DNA of 57,870 bases, the filler included, from Sphacelaria rigidula (taxonomy: Eukaryota): NCBI GenBank assembly GCA_964200075.2. It is 9 parts of 9 records of this genome, joined end to end, with 100 filler letters (N's around TTAATTAATTAA, not from the genome) between each part and the next. Parts side by side here need not be neighbours in the genome. Positions count along the whole stretch, not along the records: positions 1 to 6,342 come from CAXNAA020020658.1; positions 6,443 to 12,784 come from CAXNAA020020659.1; 7 more parts are not named here. One strand, given 5' to 3'. Positions 1 to 11,030 of the stretch are shown here, piece after piece. The notes beneath the pieces were generated by a model, which had not been told where the DNA came from, did not search any database, and worked only from the letters and a program-made list of their open reading frames with translations. Both the position numbers and the translations under genes were made by a program. Each line of letters opens with the position of its first letter. The stretch's first letter is position 1.

Positions 1-87
1 TGTGTGACCCCGGCTGATGCGCCCACATATCCTGAAAGGGGTAGACTGGCGCCCAGAATAAATGGGACGACAACAGGACAACACACA
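1..87 (+). mobile_element. 3' end of a SINE/LINE-like retroposon (AATAAA followed by a CA-rich tail)
   Basis: The reverse complement (tgtgtgttgtc..gtcgtcccatttattctgggcgccagtctacccctttc) matches 31812-31870 in another contig. The segment ends aataaatgggacgacaac..acacaca. Confidence 0.6.
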
Positions 88-103
88 TGGTAGTTATCTA
101 ACC

Positions 104-826
104 GTGTCAGGTTTAGCCTTATTTCCAAGTGGGATATGCGGCCGAAGGAGAGGACGGTGGATACGACACACACAGAGAAAACTCTGAAAACGACCGTGGT
201 ATAATGAACATTTCAGAATCGAAGCCAACTTCTATTTACCGTACTCGTAGAGTTGCAACCTCTCTGATGATAGCAAAAAAACGTCATTGGCCAAGTGCAA
301 TTTCCTCCCGTATCGCTGATCCCCGTGTTTCGGCGTCTGAGTGTTGCCGTATGAATACATGTGTGCGATGTATTCGTGTTGGGTTTAGCCTAATTTCCAA
401 GTGGGATATACGGCCGAAGGAGAGGACGGTGGACGCGACACACATACAGAAAACGCTGGAAACAACCGTGGTGATGAACATTTCAGAATCGAAGCCAACT
501 TCTATTTACCGTACTCGTAGATGTGCAACCTCTTGGATGGTACTAAAAAAACGTCATTAGCTAAGTGCAATTTCCTCCCGTATCGCTGATCCCCGTGTTT
601 CGACGTTTGGGTGTTTCCGTATGAATACATGTGTGCGTTGTATCTGTGTCAGGTTTAGCCTAATTTCCAAGTGGTATATTCGGCCGAAGGAGAGGACGGC
701 GGAGACGACACACATACATACAGAAAACTCTGAAAACGACCGTGGTGATGAACACTTCAGAATCGAAGCCAACTTTTATTTATCTTACTCGTAGATATGC
801 AACTTCTCGGATGGTACCAAAAAAAA
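104..826. repeat. Tandem repeat, ~271-bp unit, ~2.7 copies
   Basis: The anchor ggtttagcc..atttccaagtgg recurs at about 110, 382 and 652, and the units align along their length. The repeated peptide in ORF 129..560 is a by-product. Confidence 0.9.
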
Positions 827-1149
827 TATGCAGGAAATAGGTGTTGAAAAATTTCAGCGGAATACTAATGCGAGGTGGTGAAGAAGTGTATATACGTTTT
901 CCTACGCCAAACCCTCCGAGCCCCCCCACCCACCCGCCCCCATCAGTATACTGCTTGTTGTCGTTGACATTGCACTTGTTTTGTTTCTGGATATGATCGA
1001 TGCCTCTACGGAGTAGGGAGGATGGCGCAGTATCAAAGCGTGCCTCGCCTCATGTGATCATTGCACTAGCGTTTGCTGCAATATACAACCCGTTGGTTGG
1101 ACGTTGAAATACAGGCTGGTTCACCGAAAAGACCCATGAAACACTCATC

Positions 1150-1840
1150 GGCAAAACTTCACACCGTTCAAAGGAGTAAGACCCTGGAATTTTGCACAAT
1201 TGTTCGATGGGTCATTACGCATATTTCAAAGGTCGAGTTTTTTTACTCTTTGGCGTTTTTCACCGGCTTTCGGGGGTCCCAGTTTTTTCGGGGCAACTTC
1301 GATCCAGTCGGAACCCCATAAAACGGTGAAACGCAAAAAACGAAAAACCTCGTCCATCCAGAGTTGCGTAGTCACCCAAAGAACACCTGTGCAAAGGTTT
1401 CAGGGTCTAACTCCTTGAAACGGCGTGAAGTTTTTCGCGTTTGTGCGATGAACCTTGCCGTGCCACGGTGAAACCGCAAACTACTAGATTTGAATATAAA
1501 AAAGCGTGTTTTGGGCCTTCTTTGACTTTAGCATCAAAATTCAAGCATCATCTTATCGAGTTTGGCCACGAAACTTTGTTGGGCTCTTTCTTGGGTCTTG
1601 CGGCGACAGGGCGTGTGCGACAGATATGAAAAGAATGTAGTGCCGGTTTTCTGGGGTCCCAGAATGGACGATCTCGAAAAATCGACTTGGATCCCGTCGG
1701 ACCCCCGAAAAACGGTAAAAAATCTAGAGGTATAAGAACCTCGTTGGTCGACACTTGCGTAATGATTCAAAGCACATTTGTGTAAAGTTTCGGGTTCTAA
1801 CTCTTATTAACTGCGTGAAGGTTTGCGCGTTTGTGCGAGG
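1150..1840. repeat. Imperfect palindrome (1150-1435) plus a direct copy of its right arm (~1640-1840); non-autonomous TE-like
   Basis: The reverse complement of 1153-1222 (atgcgtaatgacccatcgaacaattgtgcaaaattccagggtcttactcctttgaacggtgtgaagtttt) aligns with 1364-1434 and again with 1756-1825. Confidence 0.7.
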
Positions 1841-3829
1841 ATGTGAGCTTATAACGTGCAAACTCCTAACAACTTGGTTTTAGTGTCAACACACTTTTTG
1901 AGGTGAAGTTTACGTCAAGGCAAGAAAAATTGTATGCGATTCTCGAGTTTCTCCACGAAACTTCGTACATGTGTTTCTTGGACTATCCCGGGACGCATTG
2001 TGTTGTTATTTATTCTTTTGAGGCGTTATGTACCGCGTTCCGGGGGTCTTTGCACTGGAACCCCCGGAAGCCGGTAGAGAACGGAGAAACTTTGAAATCT
2101 TACCAAGAACACATTTTTTTTATATGGAGCACCAATACCTACGGAACTGCCAAGTTTGAGGATGATCTGAGCTTTTCTGCAACAGATATAAGGGAAATCG
2201 TCACGAGGCTCCCTGCGTCTTTCGTACGTGATATTATCATGAGTGGAAATTCGACGACGCCAATACTCTCCATCACCGAAACATCACGGTTTCGGGTATA
2301 ATTCGACCCCGTTTGAACCGTTTTCAAATCTGTTTCTCCCGTTAGGTTCTTGAGTTAATGGCGGTCACTACGATTTGAAGCATGTGGAGATTCGGTCGAA
2401 ATTGGGCTTGGAATTCGTGCTTTCAATTTGGAAGGCGCTAATTGGTCGAGACATATTTTTGTCCGTATCGCCACCGCTATAGCCTTAAACAAAAATCCAG
2501 CTTTGTCACCCTCTTTGTCTGTTCATTGCGGTCAGTATGATACCACGTATGCGATTATTGGGTGCGTATTGCAGAAGGCATTTGCTGATGACAAAATTTT
2601 CGGTATTTTGCGTGCGAACTAGCCTGTAGGTGTAAACGACGGAGGGCAAGGCACGCCGCAGTCGATGAAGGCAGCAGTAAGAAGCGACCAGCTGTGCGTG
2701 TGCAGTGCTCGGATGACAATAGACATGTGCGACCAGCCGTCTTCAAGCTTCCCGCTGCGAAGCATAACGCTGCAAGCAGCACTGTAGTGTCAGTTTGCAC
2801 CTCTTCCTCCCAGAACAGGGTGGTGCCATTGGTGGATACAGACTCGGGGCGGAGCGCAGCTGCTCAAGAGAAGAGTATTGCGCGTGAGTCCTCCCGTTAT
2901 CCCGCCTATTATTATTGCTTTTTTTCTTTGTTTCGGAGTCCCTCACAAGGCAGCAACGTGAGAAGGTGGCGAAGGGGGGGAGTAACCCCACGTCGTCGCA
3001 GTGTCGTTGCCGTTTGCTCCTTAGAGGAGTGTGTTTCGAACAGCCAAACCGGGATTTGTCATGGCCACGTATGTCCTGTCGTCGGTAACGCTCAAATATA
3101 TAGTTCTGGAGTGAAAGTTTGCTGATTACTAACAACTTGTGTAAGACGGGACCAAGCCAAGAATTATCGAATGCGATGGGCTAGGGCTTCACAGTTTGAT
3201 CCATAGAATCTGATGGGCGGGCGTTGAGTTCCAATGACGTCTTCTCCTCTGCGATGTCAGTCCTTCGCACGCAGGTAGCGGACGGCGACAGGTCGAAACC
3301 AGCGGCGGCCCAGTGGAGAGTGTGGTCGACGACGTGTGCGGTCACGCTCGCGCAGCCTTGAATGCCCCGCGGGAGAAGACCATGCAGGTTGCTGAGAGGA
3401 GGGCGTTCTGCGACACCAAAATATTCACAAAATATGTGTGCGTAGCGACGGGGAAGGGTCTGTTGTCGCAAGAGGACAGGAAGACGTTGGTTGGAATGGC
3501 GAAGAATGCAGAGCATAGGTACAGGGGGGTTCTTTGCCGTGCGAGAGAGGGCGTGGGTTGTACGGTTGAGCACCGGTGGGCGCACGTAAAAAAGGATGAC
3601 AACCAGGAGACGCGATTAATGTACAAGGTGGTAACGTGCTCATACATAATGTAATTACACAGCATAGCAGGGCTATGCTCGTAGGCTCACCAAAAGCAGT
3701 GCTTACTTTGTGGATATTATGCTGCAATTCTGCTCGAGTTAAACAAAAAATAATTGTCGACCTATGCTTGGTTGGTGGATGTGATGCTCGACACAAGCCG
3801 GGCCAGCCTAGAAGCGGAGTTGGAGTTTG

Positions 3830-4103
3830 CAGGCCCATGTTCAGCTAAATTTTTCAAGTTGGACCTTCAAGCTTGGTACGGAAAATGGAAGGCCGTAAAA
3901 TAAATGTGTGTGCATGGACCGAAAGCTTTTATTTTTCATGAGTTAAGGGCATTTTACTGAAAGCTGAGAACTGACTATTGCCTTCAACTCCTGAGAAAAA
4001 AACAGCTTTAAGTTCATGCATACAATTTGTTGATTATAGCTTATTTGTTGTCCATACCAAATTATGAGGTCCAGCTCTAAAAATTGAGCTGAGAATGAGC
4101 CGT
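3830..4103. repeat. ~270-bp imperfect foldback palindrome
   Basis: 3832-3885 pairs with 4047-4102, and the inner 3902-3951 pairs with 3979-4028. The centre is near 3965. Confidence 0.75.
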
Positions 4104-5519
4104 TTGAAAACCGGGTCGGTCTAAATTCGGAACAGTATTTTGCGAGCCACTTGCCGCCCCAGGTTCGGTACTTGCGTGATTCGCTAGGGCAAAAAAAAGC
4201 AAAAAAAGGGGGCCAGGTTGGTTTTTTTCTTTCCTGATCTAGGACGTTTTAGTACGGTAAATAACATTTTTTCACCAGAACGCCCTACTCTCTCTCTCCC
4301 TCTCTCAAGAAGAAAGTGAAGGCCCATTTGTTTTTCACTCCAGCATGCATTTACGATTCTCCATGCTCAGTTTCAAATAACGATTCGAGAAATTGAGCTA
4401 AAAAACTGAGGTGAGGTCCGAGAGCAATGATCATATTCCCTCAAAACTCTGATGAAAATCGAAACAAAAAACGATGAAAAAACGAACAACGCTGGGGTTT
4501 TTTTCCAATATTATGCACTAGCGCTAATCCGTACGAAATTTCAAAGCACGACTCTCGAAAACAGAGACGCGATACCCAGATTTAGTGTATTTAGTGCCTC
4601 TGCTCGTAACATTATATTGATGTCCGTATGGAACCTTATGTGCGCCATATCTCGAGGTAGATAACGAATTAGGTGAAGGTGAGGGTATCTACCGTTTCCC
4701 CGTGCTCCAGGGAATGTCCACACCCAAAATCGTCATCCTCTGTATACATCGTCCGAGGTTTCATATCGACTTTAGTATAGGCGCTGTATCCGTATGGTTT
4801 AGGAATTACTAGACACAGGGTTTCATCGACAAGAAAAAAAACGCCCCAGACTTTTTAGCAGATGGGCACCTTCCCCTTACTCAGACGATTAATACGGTAT
4901 GCGAGTCACGGCCCAACTCCTCTGTATCGATGAGATGTTTCTTTGAGAGCTTAAACCCGTCTCTAAGCTGGACCAGCCTGTAGTTACCTCCTTTTTTTTT
5001 CACGTAATAATGTGTCACCCTTTGTTGTTATCATTCTTTGTCTGCCATAAGTTTTGATCATTACCATTCGTCACAAATAACTGCTTTAGTTTCAGGCTCA
5101 AGAATCCTCCAGCCCCACGTGTCTGCAGGGTTGCACTGAATCTGGATAGCACAACTGGCGATAATATGGCAGCACGGCACCATTTGAAACGGCGAGTGTG
5201 CTACTTTTTCTTCTGACCCTACTTCCTTTGACATCGGGATCTCGGGAAGGTACCCGACCCTCTCTACCGTCGCTTGGAGAAATGACCGAGTTGGTGGTGG
5301 ACCAGGCAACTTGTGGGCAGTTCGTGAGGGTAAAAGACGGGTTGCATTCGTACGCAGAGGTGAGGGAGCTGTGGCCAGAGACGACCCCATCATGACATGC
5401 CATGGTAGGATGGAACGAGTAACGAAGGTGATGAGTTAAAAAAAAAAACTAAATTTGACGATCGAAATCGTGTATGTTTTGTTCAGAAATATCACACGTC
5501 GGAGGAATCACCACCCGTC

Positions 5520-5960
5520 GAAACGAGTGCACTCATGAGTGTTTTTTTAGAACACTGAGCATGACTCGTATGCTTGAGTGATTTATTTAGAAAAACGACG
5601 AGCATGACTCGTTTGCTCGAGTCACTTATTGTTTCACCACGAGCAACGACTCGAGTGCTCGAGCCATTTATTTTTTCCAACCAAGATCAATGACTCGTGT
5701 GCTGGACTCATTTATTTCTTCTCCACGAGCAATGATTCGGGTGCTCGAGCTATTCATTTTTTTCACCACGAGCACTTTCTCGTGTGCTCGATTCATCTGT
5801 GGTGTTTCGCGCGAACAAGGACTTGAGTGATCGAGCTATTTATTTATTGAGCCACGAGCAGTGACTGGTGTACTGGTGTCCGTTATTGTTTTCACCACGA
5901 GTGATGACTGGTTGGCTGTAGTCATTCGTTTCTTCCACCACGAGCTACTTACTCGGTTTC
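5520..5960. repeat. Degenerate ~43-bp minisatellite (ccacgagcaatgactcgngtgctcgagnnatt..ttt)
   Basis: The ccacgagca/tgctcga motif recurs at about 5638, 5723, 5766, 5852, 5895 and 5938. Confidence 0.75.
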
Positions 5961-6271
5961 TGTTCGTCAAGATTATCAACCGTGAGCTATATTTCACCAT
6001 GCGTCGCGCAGGCCAAGGTGCAGTTCGTTGTGGACGGCCTGCTCCCTGCTGGCCCGGAAGAACGGATGAGAGCCGGTGAGTCAGTCCCCTGCGAGTGCTC
6101 GTAGCATAAGGTCCCGCAGTCACAGATTATCCATGTGCGCTGCCACACGCGCACGCTGAAATCTCCCTACGTGTGAGCCAACGTGTCTCAATTTCCCGGT
6201 GTAGCCCTCACGAGGTAGTCCGTACACCACACTGCTTCACAATCATGCATCGAAAACCGCGAAACGCACTA

Positions 6272-6342
6272 AACAGTGTTTTCGTGAGATTGAGAGTAGA
6301 TGATACGATTGAGAGTGGCTTTGATCATTCGCTTCAAGTGAG
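6272..6342. mobile_element. Terminal inverted repeat of the AACA-TIR DNA transposon family (right end), truncated by contig end
   Basis: aacagtgttttcgtgagattgagagtagatgatacgattgagagtggctttgat matches the reverse complement of the right end of the 300-bp element at 44176-44475. Confidence 0.85.
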
Positions 6343-6442
6343 NNNNNNNNNNNNNNNNNNNNNNNNNNNNNNNNNNNNNNNNNNNNTTAATTAATTAANN
6401 NNNNNNNNNNNNNNNNNNNNNNNNNNNNNNNNNNNNNNNNNN
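6343..6442. other. Artificial 100-nt contig linker N44-TTAATTAATTAA-N44 (also at 12785-12884, 19226-19325, 25667-25766, 32108-32207, 38549-38648, 44990-45089, 51431-51530)
   Basis: An identical linker with stops in all six frames occurs eight times, spacing contigs of 6342, 6342, 6341 (x6) and 6340 nt. Confidence 0.99.
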
Positions 6443-7506
6443 CATCGGGGGTCCGTCCCTACAAAGCCGGGACGGAGCACGCCGGGGGGGGTTGGGGGTC
6501 GGGGGGGGGTTACTCAATCCCATACATGAATTAAAAATAAAAATAAAAATAAAAATGAGAACAAAAATAAAAATGAAAGTAAAATAAAAATTACGAAGTA
6601 TTTAAAAATAAGAATTCATGTTAACCCTGTTGGAACCCTCCCCTCCTGTCCCCGGGCCAAACCCTTCATTATGACAAGCCCTGACAAAGAGGAAACGATG
6701 GAAGCAGAAAAGGCCGACGGCAACCATTTTATAGTGGAAGACCGAAGAAGAATTCAGTAGCACACGCAGCGGGTGCAGGAAAAATGTCCTCCCTGGAGAG
6801 GTCGAGTGAGGTTTGTCCAATCATACCACGCAACGGATGAAGTGTGTCCCATTGTATCCATCGACAATAATCAGCAAAAACACTATGAAAAATCCCATTA
6901 TAAAAACAGCAATGGGTTACAGGATCTGATACGGCACATCGGTAAATAGGAAACCTTCTTTTGTTCCCCTTGTCACTCGCACAGGTCTGAAAAATACGCA
7001 TTTGGCGAATCTTGTTGCATCTGAGCTGTAAACCATCAACCATATCTTGCTCAAAAACCGTTAATTGAAAATGATCAATTTTCCATCAAGAGTTCCAAAA
7101 GGCTTAATGAAGCTTTAGTTCTTCGCATACCTTCGAAGCCAAGGCAAGTTATATTTATGAGTTTCGGCAATACATTGCACATCACACTTCCACGACAAGA
7201 ACATGACCAGACGGATACCACAATCTCTGCAATGCTTGCTCGATCAAGCTAAACGTATCCATCTGCACCGCCAATTCTCGTCCAATGTGTGTCGCATCTT
7301 GTGGTGGCAGATAGGGCTAACAATCATGGGCGCAACCTCACCCAAGTCGCCCCAAAATGGCTATTTATTGAGTGTTTCTCAATGTCAAATAAAATCCTAC
7401 GACCATCGGAGGAGGGGGAGGGGGATACATAGGGTCTTGGAGTTTTTTTTTTGGCACTCTTGACCCAACATAAAACTTTGGTCGAGTCAGAGCGAGTCAT
7501 TTAACT

Positions 7507-7551
7507 CACTCTCAATCGACGCTAGACTCTCAATCTGGCGAAAACCCCGTT
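7507..7551. mobile_element. Divergent copy of the AACA-family TIR (reverse orientation)
   Basis: cactctcaatcgacgctagactctcaatctggcgaaaaccccgtt keeps the doubled ACTCTCAATC motif and the cgaaaac..gtt end. Confidence 0.65.
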
Positions 7552-8793
7552 TCCTGCGTTGCGTAGCAGAGCTGATCTTGGATTGCTCAGCTCGATATTA
7601 GACGCGTCGCGAAAACACTATTTTTCAACATGATTCTCTCCGAAACGACTTACTTTTGTAGCCGAAATCGGCTCTCGCTACACATCGAAGGAGGTGATGG
7701 CGCACACAGCAAAATAAACCGCTGCGGAAACCGTTTCATTCTCTACGAGAAACTCCATTTTTGAAAAGCTGGAGTTTCATAGAAGTTGGCCTATTCTGAC
7801 CCCTCCGGTTTCAAGTGAAAAGTGTACAAGCACACCCCTGCGCGTGAAATGTATATGCATGCGCACGACTGAAGGTTCTGAATCCAAACGTACTATACAT
7901 GCAATGCAATCGCCCCGGACCACGCAATACACGCCAGCGCTCATGGCTTGCAGGATGACAATTACATTTTTCGAGATGAGCAAGGTTAGTGGGGCAGGAC
8001 GCCCGACAGATGGAGCACAGTGAGTGCATCATAACCAACAGGGTGGCACTAGCGTGACTTCTTGTGGACAATGCTGAGCGCATTTAGTCTTGTTGCTCGC
8101 CCCAATCGAGTTACAAGAACCATAATGATGACTCATCAGAGTCATGCCACGGTAGGGGTTGCACATTTGGACCCAGAGTTTCCCTGTGGTGGACCTCCTA
8201 AAGTTATTAATAGGAGCTACACAAGATTATGAGTCACGATATTTCCGTTTCGAGATTCTGTCGAGATATCTATATATATATATATATATATATATCCCTT
8301 TTCCATTGGAAAGCTAGTCATGGCTTGCTCTCGCATATTTCACGAGTCGTATTTTGGATGAGATACGGTGCTCCTCCGAACAATTCGAATCTGAGAATTA
8401 TATTGTGCAGTCATACCGTGGCATTACTCATCAGGTGTCCGTGTGATTTTGTAACTAAAAGAGAAAAAAGAGAGACGAACAACCTACACACGAGTCGTGC
8501 GTGTCCGCGCACGACACTATCCGGGTTACAATCTGATCGATCACCTAGGGTGCGGTCATCAGTTTGGTTTGCAGCACCACACAGCTCAAAGCAAAGTTAC
8601 GGCACAGGGCAGCGCAGGAGTAGCAGCGGCAGCGGCCGCACTCAGTGCAGTACAGCACGGTAACACGAAGGTGGCGCGCCTGTGGCAGACGTAATGAAAA
8701 CTTTGTACTTCAACGGCTGTGAAGCTGGTGGAATTATGGTTGCTTGATTTGAACTTTCGGAATTGACCGATCGGATGCCTTCGGGTCGTTTTT

Positions 8794-9183
8794 TTGCGAG
8801 ATGGAACCCGTATTCTATCATCCAAACAGCACGAGTACATGAACACATTTCCTCTCTCCGTCCCTCACGAACCCACGCGACCGCTAACGACACTGGAACA
8901 AGCACAGGAGCTCCGGCTTGCCAGAGAAGGGCAAACCCTCAGCAACGGCAAGTTCGCGTCAAGTGACGAGCACTGTGCGCATGCACCGCCGGTAGTCAAC
9001 AGCAGCAACGATGATGCTCGATCGGTAGCAACAGTCATGCCCGCGGAGAATGAACCTACAAGCGCCCAAGAGCTCCTGGAGGCACAAACTGCCCTGCGGG
9101 AGACACTATCCGAGAAGCAGCGGCTTGAGGCGCAGGCTGCTGAGCTGCAACAGATCTTGGACAATCTGCGGGTGAAGTCTGAG
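8794..9183 (+). CDS. Possible exon encoding a coiled-coil segment, gene unknown
   Basis: Heptad-like stretch AQELLEAQTALRETLSEKQRLEAQAAELQQILDNLRVKSE ends at a plausible donor GAG|gtatga. The 5' boundary is uncertain. Confidence 0.35.
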
Positions 9184-9239
9184 GTATGATATCCTGCAGA
9201 TGACAAAAGAGGCGGCGGCGACAGTGGAGGTTGTGTTTA

Positions 9240-10310
9240 CCCTCGTACGACTAATGACTAGTTGGTCGACTCTTTGTCTAGTTGTCTACTTTGTACGCGA
9301 TAGGTGCTGCTGCACGATTAGTCACGCGCGCCTTCTCCGCGTGAAAGTTGTAGACGTACGACTAGTTGCACGCAATTTCGTATCGGAAGTTGTTCACAGG
9401 TGACCAGTCGCACAATTTTTCCCACCCTGCAGTTGTCCATAGACTAGTGCCTAGTATTTTATTGGGTCTTTGTCCTCAGACGAATACTTGCGCGGTGTTT
9501 TTATCCAATAGTCTTCTACCTGCCACTAGTTCCCGAACATTCCCATCGCCTAATCTTCTACAGGCGACTAACCTCACAGTCTTTTCATCCAGTAGTCGTG
9601 GGTAGGCGACTAGTTGCCCACGTTCATTTCTCAGTAGTTGTCCGCAAGTGTCTAGGCAAACGTTGTTTACAGGTAATGAGTCTCCAAAGACTACTAGTTG
9701 CCCAATATAGCCATCCAGCGGTGTCTATACTTTGATAGATTTTCACTGGAAACACGCGCAGTTGGCTTCGGAGAGTCTCGGGTTGATTGAGGAACATGCA
9801 CTTGCTTGCCTACTTGGCACGTTCCGTGATGTTTCGGTCGGCCTACGGTGGGCTCATTCACCTCGATTTACATTGAGATATATATTTAGTGCTTTATAAG
9901 TATTTAGTTGACTGCTTCCTCACATTCAGCAATAGCACAGGTACAAAGATGGATTTACACATTTTCGGTCGAAAATAATAGTTGTCCACAGACTGCTTTT
10001 GAGCCTTTCCCAACAAAGGTCTCTCTCCAATAAATAGTGTTCATCTATGCAATTGAAGCTCGTTCTCCTAAAATTTTGCCTGTTTACAACTAGTTTCCTA
10101 GTTTCCGCGTCCGGTAGGAAGGTGACTATACAGGTGACCAGGGTGCACGAATTTCTCGTTCATTTGTCGTCTACACGAGACTAGTCGCACAGACGTTTTA
10201 TTCACAAGTTGTCCACGGGCGACCAGCGGTCTAACGTCCCCGTCCAGTTGTTGTCTACAGACCGCTGGTTTTACAGGATTCTTGTCCAAGGGCTGTTTTG
10301 CAGACAACTA
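9240..10310. repeat. Degenerate arrays of a gactagttgtccac-like motif (9240-9700 and 10080-10310)
   Basis: Many variants of actagttg/agttgtcca/gactagtcgcac appear at roughly 20-45-nt spacing. Confidence 0.55.
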
Positions 10311-10386
10311 TCATAAGTGCACACAGCATCTGCAGTCGATAGTCATTTCACGCGTAACTATAATATTATAGATATTGAGCTTTTCG

Positions 10387-11030
10387 AGCTGTTGATGGAA
10401 AAGTGACGATTTACAATCTCTCATGTGCGAGCTTTCGTCACCGGGGAACGTCACTTCGAGTTCGGTGCACGAATATGTCACATTTAGTATACTTGGGCTG
10501 AAGGTGATGCACCGTTCTGGTGGGCTACATCGTCAACACTTGCAAAAAACTGTGCAGATTATGTATTGGACATAGATCTCATACGTGGATTCTCGGGCAT
10601 ATAGTCAACCAGCCTGGTAGGAGCCAGTGCGGTTCAGTACAAAGTACCGACAGGAACGGTCCAGGAACCAGTACTGTAGCCAGTGTTTAGTCTAGCCAGA
10701 CCGGCTCCGCGGCTCTATATTGTAAGCTCTACAGTTGGGGTTTAGGGCTGAGATTCAGAGAGCGAAGGTTCAGATAGAGCTGTACACCAGCGGGTGACGT
10801 CTGAATGACTAACGAAAAGCACGGCGATGCAGCGCCCCACTCGGGTACGTCGTCTGCTCAACGCATCAAGATCTCTCATGACAATTGTCTTGCTCCGCTA
10901 TAAAACGGTGCACTGCGAGGAAGCGCGCCACGGCTACATCAAACAACACCTCACAAGTGCACAAAAACAAACAAACATATCTTACCCAAGCAAACGTCAA
11001 TTGTAAATCATCACTTTTCCATCAACGGTT
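10387..11030. mobile_element. ~640-bp non-autonomous TIR element (MITE-like)
   Basis: 10387-10417 (agctgttgatggaaaagtgacgatttacaat) matches the reverse complement of 11000-11030 at 28/31. There is no internal ORF. Confidence 0.7.

Noticed and set aside
129..560. 143-aa ORF with an internal repeat
   Set aside because: It is a by-product of the 271-bp tandem repeat, and the frame is not maintained across units.
3313..3654. 113-aa protein-like ORF
   Set aside because: It has no recognisable motif and no supported gene structure, so I left it uncalled.
6387..6398. TTAATTAATTAA as a biological palindrome
   Set aside because: It is a synthetic six-frame stop linker embedded in Ns.
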